Positions 26,739-37,300 of a stretch of DNA of 64,000 nt are shown one piece after another. The stretch comes from Lingula anatina (Eukaryota > Animalia > Brachiopoda): positions 19,096,001 to 19,160,000 of the forward strand of contig CM120642.1 in assembly GCA_051362555.1 (NCBI GenBank), in the 5' to 3' direction. The first letter of the stretch is position 1. Every line of letters begins with the position of its first letter. A program made the position numbers and the translations under genes. The notes beneath the pieces were generated by a model. That model had not been told where the DNA came from. It was given only the letters and a program-made list of their open reading frames with translations, and did no database searches.

Positions 26739-27341
26739 TATGACGTGGTGCTATGGCGGGAAAGCTACTGAATCAATTCAAGTTTGGTCGCTTTTATTGA
26801 TGAGTCTGCCCGGAAAGTTCCTAGTAAGAAGACTTCATATGCAGAAGCTTCTTTGGTAGATCTTGGATCAAATGGAAACTTTAAACCTAGGCTTGTCAAG
26901 CAGAGGGCCAGTTTGGTTGTACATGTTTACATCTGCAATTACAATCGATAGCCCGGCTGCCGTACAGATGTAGGCTATATATATATTTCATCTCGCTCAA
27001 CGCCAGTCCCTGAACATAGTCTTATCTTCTGTGGTGAAGTTCAACCATGTACACGAGGCCTTGTTTGAGAAGACGACAAGGAACGTTCTGTGACATCGTT
27101 TTGTGCTGAGATTTAGTTTGGGTTCACCTATAACGTTAAACAGCACAACTGGATCAAAGGCGGCCCACACCTGGACGGTTTTGGTTTAAGCAAGCCCTGT
27201 AAGAAGAGGGAATCATTTCAAAACGTTCAAACGTGTAAAAGCTATTGCAACGATGCGAATTTTGAGAAAAACATATTTGACAAATAATTCTGCAAAGAAG
27301 ACACATTTTTGTCTGCTGAACGCGATATACAGGTGGTAAGA

Positions 27342-27620
27342 CAGGGGCAGATCCAGGATTTGAAGGGGGGGGGGTGTCAGTGATTTTTGATCGGGTTAGA
27401 AATTGCCCCTCTCGTGGTGGGGTTTGGGGCCCGCTAAAGGACCCAAAATATTTTGGTGTTTTAAAGGTCAAACGGTGCCATTTGGAACGGTTAAGAACTA
27501 TAAATCAGCTAGTTAAAACTCTAATTTCAAGGTGGGGAATATCAGTGTTATTTTTTCAGAAACCGAAGGGGGGGGGGGGGGGGTCAGGACCCCCCTTACA
27601 CCCCTCTAAATCCACCACTG
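27342..27620 (+). mobile_element. Same MITE family, copy 3
   Basis: CAGGGGCAGATCCAGGATTT...AGAACTATAAATCAGCTAG...CTAAATCCACCACTG. Confidence 0.75.
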
Positions 27621-28682
27621 TTAAGCCTAAATATCATTTGGATACAGTGTCATGATACAAAGACAATTTTGCATCAAATAAGACGTAAAAGCTAACTACA
27701 CTTCTTTCAAATAATCTGTGTAAAATAAAGCCAGTTTGAATACAAATTACCGTTGTATGTTTGGGACATATTTACATTTACAGTAGATCCACTTTATTCT
27801 CAACATTTGAATTAAAGGCATTAGTTAGATTTTAAAAATATCGAAATTCGATACGATGCACAATCGAGACTCGCCTACGAGACGAAAGCACGCAAGCCAA
27901 TAGGATAAATCTTAAAAGCATAATGGCGAGAGAAGCTAAAATTAATCTAGAAAAATAGTTTGGATCCAGTGCTTTGATTGAATGGATGAAAACAGTGAAT
28001 TTGACACCGAATATAATTGAAAGAGCTATGAACGTGCAACTGTTCGTTTTTAAGGAGCAGAGTCTGTAAAGAAATCTGCGCTAATAACCTAATATATAGG
28101 ATTCGTACACGTTGCAACACAGCTCAACTAACGCAATGAAGATATAATTAAGGTATAAGGGGACCATTCACAGTTAATTTTGTCGACCGATCTTATGCGC
28201 ACCAAGTCCACCGGGACTCTTGCTGAATGCCAAGAGATGAAGTAATGTTGCTATTCAAAGACAGAAGAACAACTTTCATTAAAACGGAAAACTGAATCTA
28301 TTATGGAATATTTTTTCATGTTGGTTGCAATTCAAAAAGGAAGAAAACACTTTCATTAAAATAGAAAACTCAATTTATTATAAAATATTTTTTCACATTG
28401 ATGAATCGAACATCTACTGCCTGGTGTAAAAAGAGATAATACAAGGTATGCTCACTTAAAAGAATCTTGCCAACATTACAGTGCTCAGAATGCATAGTTA
28501 CTGTCTTATACACAATTACTAATATAACGATAGAATGACAGTTTACAATGTAAATAATTTGATGGGAGTCTGTCCAAAACTATGCGAAGAATACCCGTAA
28601 ACGCGTAGATTTGACAACTGCAAATGTGCATTTCAAACATGGATCAAACAGCTAAAAATCACAATATATTGTAAAATGTGGA

Positions 28683-30707
28683 TCAAAACGATGCACAATA
28701 ACCAGAATAACAGGCCGACACTCCAGGCAGTTTATAAATGAAGTAACTTCCACAATTCTTGACCAGTATGGAGGAGGGATGTGCGGTTGGGATCCAGCTC
28801 CTGCAGCAGCCATATCTCCACGTGGCACACACACGGACTCGCGCCTCTGTACCCTTGACAGCAGGTACTGTCCCGTTCAAGTAAAGCGTCACCCCTGTCC
28901 CGCAGCCCTTGTACGGCGCACACTGTGAGTGGAGATTATTTAAAAAAAACATGAAAACGCAAAGACTAAGAGAAAAAGAAATACAAAAATACAATAACGT
29001 TGCTTGTTAAAAATGATACAGTAAAAATGAATGATCGTGACATACATTTACTGGAGTACAAATGCGCACATGACTTCTTGAGTACGAAAGTCAACGGTGT
29101 TTCAGAATTAAGCATACTTTAATTATTTGTTCATCTTTCGTTTATGGGAAACAGGACCGGTGTAACATGACAGAGTCCCCCATAATAGACTAAGAGAGTC
29201 CGCTTCCCATTCATTTGTACAGATAAGCCCTTGCCCTAATTTTTGACCCACTTGGGTCAGGCTATAACCATAACCATTATAACTATATGACTTTCTGTTA
29301 CACGGACTCAGTTTCGTTGCACTGGAGCAAAAGTTTTGATTGTAGGCCTAATACATGAAACTCTGGGCGAGACAGTATCTAAGAAGAACTAGTTTAGCAG
29401 CGGGCAAACAATGTCTACTCCATTGTAAAATGCCCCTCCCCTCCCCCAGCACAAAACAATCACACGCCTTCCTTCATACCCCCTTTCCCCCTACAATTTA
29501 ACGATATTTAACTGTAATTACTGGAAACTATAACCTTCACTATTAGCATGCCAATTCCAACAATTGAAGAAAGTTTCCAGCAAAAATTTAATTAAAAAAT
29601 TAAGAATATAAATAATACTAATAATAAAAATTATGGTAATCCCCAAACCCTATCCGCCCCAATCCACCAACAACCCTCACCTTATCGGCTAGTTTCGTTC
29701 CAGCTGGCGGCATGAAACGGTACCACTGGACGGCCCAAGCAGTATTGTAAGGGTTACTCGACCCATCGCAGTGTGGTGGGGAAAATTCCGTCTGTGTGTA
29801 TATATTCCTCCAGTGATCAGCCAGTACCGTGTAATTGTTGCATGGATCAACTAAATATAGAAAGGAACCCGACTTATTGAGGTTAATCAGGCCAATTGTA
29901 ACGGGGAATATTCAATTAAAACTGGATGGTAGGTCTTTAAAAACTTCCTCTTCAAAATAATAGGTACGTGCTAATTTTTCTGCAAAAAATAATTTTCTTA
30001 TGTTGAAGACTATTGTGTTTTGATAAGTAACCTTTAAATCTATGTGTGTGTTTCAACTCTCCAAGCGTTTTTTCTTACCTGTATCAGTCTCACTTTCGTT
30101 CCTGGAAGAGTTCGTAGCAACAGTGATTAAAGCTATCATTAAAGCAACATTAACCAACAGCGACACTACCAACGTCAATATCAACCCTCGACGGTGTAGC
30201 GTACAACGCTGACTCTTGTCGTGAAGTTCTCTGTCGGTGCTATCTTGAAGGTCCTTGGGTCTTTTGGTTTTACCTTTGCCATCATTGACAAGGTTTAAGT
30301 GAACGTACCCATCGTCTGATTGGCTATTGATTGGGCCAGATGTTGGCGTCAACGTAGAGTAAATTGCCTCACCATGGGGGAATGCTCCAGACGTTGGTTC
30401 CATATAGATTGGACTGTTTGGTATTGGTTCTGGCTCTGCTCGACTGAAGTTATGGCCTTAAAGAGACATGGAAATACCATAAACATAGTGACAAATTAGA
30501 CGTGAAACAAGAATTTCTTGCTTCTTTTCGTATCCAAAAGCGAGTGTTAACTTTTGCATGGATGACGCACCAGTCGTTTAACTATAACATAATAAAGAGA
30601 TGTGTTTCTTTCAACATTTATTTTATGGTTTTTTTCTTTTGTAACTTACTTTGGCCGCAATTTTCTGTATCATCACAGGGGACTTCATAGAGTGTTGAAT
30701 CTGCCAT
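28683..30707 (-). CDS. Uncharacterised type II transmembrane protein (about 281 aa) with Tyr-motif cytoplasmic tail and C-terminal UMOD/GP2/OIT3-like D8C (D10C) domain
   Basis: Exons 30707-30650, 30456-30079, 29850-29681 and 28922-28683 (TGA), all GT-AG and in phase; probable UTR exon about 30863-30911. Protein: MADSTLYEVP...PIYMEP...AIYSTL...SDDGYVHL...RRGLILTLVVSLLVNVALMIALITVAT (TM)...DPCNNYTVLADHWR...CD...WYRFMPPAG.KL...CAPYKGCGT...YLNGTVP...VCATW..GCC...ILVKNCGSYFIYKL....CYSGYCASF. Ten Cys in the GP2/UMOD pattern. Confidence 0.85.
29157..29305. mobile_element. Short element sharing termini with the 6338-8356 foldback
   Basis: CCGGTGTAACATGA at the left end and TGTTACACGG at the right end. 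No clear TSD. Confidence 0.45.
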
Positions 30708-30797
30708 GCTCACTTGCCTTGTTTATATAAAAAAATAATTAGTCATTTTAACAAAATTGATTATACTTTCCTTTTGATCTAACAAAAAATATCGCCA

Positions 30798-30839
30798 TAG
30801 AGAGAGAGAGAGAGAGAGAGATCTAGAGAGAGAGAGAGA
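30798..30839. repeat. (GA)n microsatellite
   Basis: Seen directly. Confidence 0.9.
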
Positions 30840-31369
30840 TTGATTGCAGTCATCCTGCTTACCTTTATCGTATTAAATATATGTTCGTGTCATTCCGTAT
30901 TCGTGATAAAACTACAACAGTTGTACATGTACGTGTAGACCTGTCGGTGATTGACGTTGATATCCTTCACTGCAGAGTTCTATATTTGAACAATACACTA
31001 GGGGGGTTAACCCAGACCTTGTCAACACTTCCAGTCAGTGGTAGTAGAAAAAAAAAAACACATTGTAGGCTAAAAGTAGTCACAAAAGGTTGATCTTGCT
31101 AAGCTAACAGTGAGGTGTGTTTTGTTAGGGCGTTTTGTTCATTATTTGGTGTGCCATAATCAATAGAAGTTTCAAGGTCATAAAAGAGGAAAAATATCAA
31201 TGCTAGTTTTTTCTTTCTTCTATTTCTGAAGGGGTTGCTGCTTCAATAATTTGATTTCCTTCCGCATTTTTTCGTTCAATACATACCGATTTTAGAACAA
31301 GTATACTTTTTCATAAGATTTACTTCATAGTGGTTATCTAATAAGTAACAGTATTTAAGTGCAGCTGTA

Positions 31370-32170
31370 GAAATGGTTTCACAAAAAGACTGCATAATTA
31401 TAATTATATTTATAATTACGTCATCGGCATAAATAATAATTTTGTTTACGGATTGGCGGTTTATAAAACCAGAAAGGTTGCAGGCCCATGACAGTTAAAA
31501 TTCACACAATGAAAATGCCAGTTGAGAAAAAATAAAAATTCACGAAACATTAATTTAATTTTATTAAAATGATCCCATCAAGCTGGTTTCTCAAGAGGAG
31601 CTGAATGTCAGTCTTCGTAATTTACAAAATATTAAGTAACACAGATTTCTTTTCATAGCGTTTGAAGTGGCAGTGTACGAATTTGATTGTGTAAATTTTG
31701 ATGCAATATAAAAGTGATTAACAGCATAATCACCACCGAATTTTAAATGACTACTATACGTTACATGGGCATTACTAACAGAAGGCTTCATGACCGTTAA
31801 GTACCACATTGAAAATGCCAATAGGTGAAAAATGAAGATTTCACAAAAAGACTGCATAACTTACTGAATAAGAATAGAATCAGACTGGTTTTCCAACTCG
31901 AGCTGAAGTGCAGTCATACCAGTCTCTTCTGTTAGTTTAAGAATCATTAGTAACATGCTTTTCACTTAAAAGTTAACATGGTGGCAGTGCCTGAAATGGG
32001 TTTACATCAATTTCTATGCAATCTTTACAGCATAATCTCACCAATTTGTAATGTAAGTATCATGGGTATTTAGAAAATGTTACTAGCAAAAGTTCTCAAG
32101 CCCATGTAAGTTCAAAGTTACACCTTCAAAATCCCTACATGTGAAAAATAAACATTTCACAAACAAACAC
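31370..32170. repeat. Highly diverged tandem duplication, about 300-bp unit, 2.5-3 copies
   Basis: Recurring anchors: CTGGTTT..GAGCTGAA (31583, 31884), GTGGCAGTG (31667, 31981), ACAGCATAATC (31721, 32027), GAAAAAT...TTCAC (about 31526, 31827, 32143). Confidence 0.6.
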
Positions 32171-33256
32171 AAAGTCAGTGAGAGTAACTTTTGGAAAAAT
32201 GGTCTGACCAAACTGATTCTCAAACTCTACCTGTATTTATTTCTGTAAGTTTGCAGACAAACGGTAAAGTGGTTTTCCACTTATCATGTTATCTCATTAT
32301 GTACACTGATGATGGCGATGACAGACACAAGTGCTGGCCATACATATACACACACAACTATTTGTACATGAAAATGCCTAGGGGCGGACACAGTGTCAAA
32401 CAAGAGAATACCAAGTTTGCATGTATGTTTTATTTATTTTTTGCTATTTCAACGACACCTGACCCAATCATGACCATGACAATGATATCACAACCTGATA
32501 CTGACCATTAGTGGCATCTGAACTGACAACTTCATCACCTTCCTTCTTAACATGACAATCTAGTTTTTAAAACTAATATTTGAAAAAGCCAATGAACGAT
32601 CTAAAACCAGTTTTCCTGCAGTTGGCCCACGATTTGGAATGGAAATTAACATGCATTTATTACTTTTTTAATTGGCAAAGTATCGGTCAGTATAAGGCAG
32701 AATCAAAATTCACAACTCAAAAGGGATGAAAAAATGCTCTGGATGTATAGCCCTTTGTTTAAAAACATTTAATACAACACACATCCGAATACACCTTTAT
32801 ACCAATATATGCCTATAATCTAAGGGCACTGAATTGTTGATTGAGCAAAGCCCTATTATATTATATCATATCATATCACATGCAACATGTCTTTAACCCA
32901 CAATTCCTTAAAATATTGCAAAAGTTTCATCCTCGAGAATGGCAACAAATCCACTGCAAATTCTGTCATTATATCAATTGACAAGAACGTACCACTAGAC
33001 TGTATATACAGAGCACTGCAAAACCTTACAGTGAAAATCTGTAAATACATCAAATGTATCTCACGTTAATCTATCCAAAATCTCAACATCAACATTAAGC
33101 AATTTTCCTAATGTGAAAAGGGCCTCATGGATTTAAAACTTATTAATGAAAGTGTTAAACAAATAACAGGCTGATAGTAAGATAAATGCTCTTAATTCAT
33201 TTACATGTATGTTAATGTAAACACCAGAAGAGAGAGAATTTTACTATTGAAACAAA

Positions 33257-33471
33257 GGCTGTATTCCCAGAGCTTTTAGATCAATCTATCCCCGCAGGGA
33301 GTCTCACTAGATTACTGTCAGATAATCCGGCTTAAATGTCCGTCCCGCCTACTACAAGCTGTAAGGGGGTAATTAACTTTCGTGTCCGCTCGGCTGACAG
33401 TTATTTAGCATGAACCCCCAGGGAGTTAGGTCGATCTAAAGTAGATTGATCTAATCTCTGGAAATGGGGTC
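33257..33471. mobile_element. Palindromic MITE (Harbinger-like) related to 15169-15414, in or near the DENND1 3' UTR
   Basis: Arms TTCCCAGAG..TTAGATCAATCTA and TAGATTGATCTAA.CTCTGGAA. AAA flanks both ends. Core GGCTTAAATGTC...GGGGGTAATTAACTTT is the reverse complement of the 15250-15330 core. Confidence 0.7.
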
Positions 33472-33538
33472 AAAGTGTCATAAGCAGTGAATAAAGTAAA
33501 ATTGAATAGTTTATTGTGAGGCATGACACCCATCAATA

Positions 33539-33574
<36 letters not shown>

Positions 33575-34306
33575 TGTGACCAACTTGAATAAAAACGCTT
33601 CTGACAAAATTATCAGACTTACATATCATGGTACAATCGAGGACTTATGGCATACTATAAAACAATCATTACATAGTCAATCTATCTTAAACTCTTCCTG
33701 TAATATCCTTTTTTAAAAAATTAAATAAGACCATCTCCTTGGAACAGTTGCAAATGAACACTTTTATAGTCAGAATGCGCTCACAAATTTAAGTCAAGGA
33801 AGTGAAGGTCCACAAAGGTCAGCCATTTTGGATTTGGCTGTATACACATTTGGAACATCTTTTAGTGAATAAAAAGGCTCATCTCATGGCAAGACATAAA
33901 ATTACATCCCCATCACATCAGTTTTATTTCATGCTATTACCCTTAATATTTAGTAACATCAAAATATCTAGAGATATTCTACAAATTCAGCAGTCCTTTT
34001 TTTCTGTTTCAATTCCAAATTTTCATCTCCAGTACTCGAGTTGTCCTTTGAGCATTATTATAACACTTACCACGAGTTTATCAATTTACATATTTTACTT
34101 GATATATAAAAATGCAGCACCTCAAATATTATATCACACATTCACATGGAACAATTAACTAGTCATAATTTTAACATAATTCTCAGCAAACAAGCTGCCA
34201 CCATTGGGCAGATATCAATCAAGTCCAGGCACCTTATGATGCAATATTCAACCATATGCTGCCACCTATTGACAAAATCTAAAATAAACAATCCAACTCT
34301 GATTGT

Positions 34307-37300
34307 TCAATCAAATTTCTCCCATGCTGGTTTCTCCTGCTGAGCACTTTTGGTAGCTGATGCACTCTTGATGTCTAACAAGTCTGCAAATGGATCCTTT
34401 TCCAGTTTTTCTCCAGGTTTCTGTGGCTGGAGCACAGTGCTACTGAAACTACTGTGTCCCAAGCTACTACTGCTACTACTGTATGGCCTAGGTCCATCTA
34501 CTCCTACCACAGAGTAAGGCCTTTGAATTCCCCCTGTTGCACTGCCAGTATTCAATCCTCTATAAGGCTGAGGGGCATAAACAAATGTTTTTCTATTGCC
34601 CACTGTGGAGAAATCCTTTCCAAATGCTGATGAAGAGGCTCCTGATGTCATAGGTCTGGTCTGGCGTGGAGCACCTTGGCCTGGAGAATACCCCATATTA
34701 GAATAATTATGCATCATAGACGAAGCAAAGGGAGTTTGACTTGACAGAGGGACAGGTTGCCTCATGCTGTACGGTAACCCAACCTGCTGCTGCTGGCTTA
34801 GGGCCAAACTACCAACTGAAGACATAGCAGGCCCAGCATGCATTGTACCAATGGCTGAACTTCCTGTTACATTACCACTAAGGTTAGTGTGATACCCAGC
34901 ATGCATTGCACCAACCTGGATACTACTACTTCCTGTCTGCCCACCAATGTTAGTTTTATTACCAGCATGCATGGGAGTGGGCCCCATATAATTTATGCTA
35001 CCCCAAGATGAGGACGAACCTGGTAATACTGGCGTATTAAAAGCAGTCTGAGGACCAAAAGCACTGCTGGTTGAGGATGGCATGGCCTGGAAGTTGAAAC
35101 TTGTACTGGTGGCACTGGTACTCTGGAATAGATCTTGGTCAGCATTAGGACTTGGTGTGGGACTGAGGCTGGGGGCTGGGCTGGGCTGTAATGTAAGGGT
35201 CCCCATGGTCGCTGGAACTGGCTGACCTTGAAGCTGTTGGTCGAGACTGGACTTGGTCTCAAGCTGAGTGGACAACACAGGAAAAGCAGAAGGCTGCTGC
35301 TGGGGTTGCTGAAGCAAATTAGGAGCAGAATGGACATTAGGAAGGCCCGGCTTATTACCTGCTTTATCAAAATTCAGGTTCCATTCTTTAAGTAGGTTCG
35401 TGTCGTCTTCTGTCAGCTTTGTGCTAACTCTGGTACCTTGACCTTCAACCTCACTTTGAGTCTGACCTTCACCTTGATTGGCACTACTCTGTGGAAGCTC
35501 TGAGGGGCCCCCTACTGGACTGAACTGGTTGGCTAGTAAGGGATCAAATAAATCATGAACGTTCACTGTCACCGGTTTTTGTGCTGTGGAACCTTGCACA
35601 TGCCCTGGACTAGTAGGATCATCGCTGTCACTTCTGCTAACACTCCGAGGCTTTTCGTAGAGAGATTTCCTGAAAGCAGGTGCCCTATTCAGGTTGATTT
35701 TGGTGTCCTTCGGATAGGCTGGTTTCAGACTGATCTTCTGAGCCTGATAATCATCTAAATCACTGTCACTTGTGTCAGCATGTCGCAAGCCATCAAATCT
35801 TTTTGAGAGTTCGTCAGGGAGTGGACTCGTCTGTTGTAAGCGTTCGTGATCACCAACATTCAAAGCAGGTCCAGCCTGGCTTGAACTAATTTCACCTTCA
35901 ACAGATTCTAGTTTAATTAAGTTATAGTCCACTGATTTGTCCCCATCACCTTGTTGAGCTCGTGATAAGCTGGGACTACTGTCACATGATACATTACTGC
36001 TATTGGTTCCCTCGTCTTTCTTTTTCCGTCTCCTTCGTGGTGCTGGTATGGGCGTGGTCTCGGCTGATCCTGTCTCTTCAGGAGTCCGCTTCTTTTTCGT
36101 AAGTTCCACAGACCTCTGCAATGTAAGGATCAATATGTAGTAAGAATCATTCCTGTTTTTTTTTCAAAACGAACAAATAATATATATATATATTTATTTA
36201 ATTTTATCTATACTAAATAATCTGTCTTTACACATGTTAAATCTATATATTTTTGCAATCTTTTATGTTAATAACAATATTATAAAGTAGGTGATATATC
36301 ACTGTTGGCTTTAATATGCTTATTATAAAACAGTACTTGACCGTCATAAATTGCAACAGGTGTCTTTACTGCTAATTTAAATGTAATGAGGTTTGTTAGC
36401 TACGAGTACGTGTGTGTGTGTGTGTGTGTGTGTGCGCGTGTGCGTACCTGAAGGATATAGACATGTTTACATATGGATATGATCATGTACGTATGTGGGT
36501 GTCTTAGTATGTGTGTATATGCATGTTTAGATTTATGGGTGTATATATTTTTTTCTTATACTGTATTTGTTGGTATGACAGAAATAAACTTTAAAAAATT
36601 TATCTGAACCACATAATTATATCATCTAACACCGCATTTCAATAAGTGAGACAACCCACAGGTAAGTGTGGTTTTACCAATCCCTTTGAATTTTGACACG
36701 AATGTAAATATTTCATAAAAGTTCATGAGACAGTTTATATATATCACAACACAACCCTCAAGCAAAAAGCTTCGCTCCACTCAATATAATAACCTTTGAT
36801 GAGATATAAATGCAAAAAACCAAATTGGCTATCCAATAATAAGCACAATGGGTCACAAATGTCATTAATAAGAAATAATTGCTTTCCATGGGCATGAATG
36901 TTTGGGTTGGCTTTCAATATGAAACATGTAAGTGGCATCCCTCAAAGATGCTACGATAACAAAGTTCGGTGAAATACCTTGTTTCTTGTCTCTTGTATAA
37001 AGATAGCAAAATAGTCCATCTTTTTTCATAATGTCAAGGCATAATTTTTCAACACTTTAACAAAAGGCCTTGATCATGTGACTGGTCAAACAGGGCTGAA
37101 AGGTCATGCCTCACAAGTAAAAATGTTTTGTCTTTATTATAATAGTAAGATTTACATTTTACCAATAACAATGAAACAAGGCAATTATTACATTCTTATC
37201 ATTGAGAACAAATGGAAAGCTGCACAGAGTGGTACACATCACACGAAATCTCACAATGAAAGCAAATTCAAAGCATCAAAATGAAAGTTTTGGTCAATCC

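Noticed and set aside
27812-27830. TTAAAGGCATTA Kolobok-like termini (also 51531 and inverted at about 60593-60604)
   Set aside because: I could not pair the ends into a defined element, so none was called.
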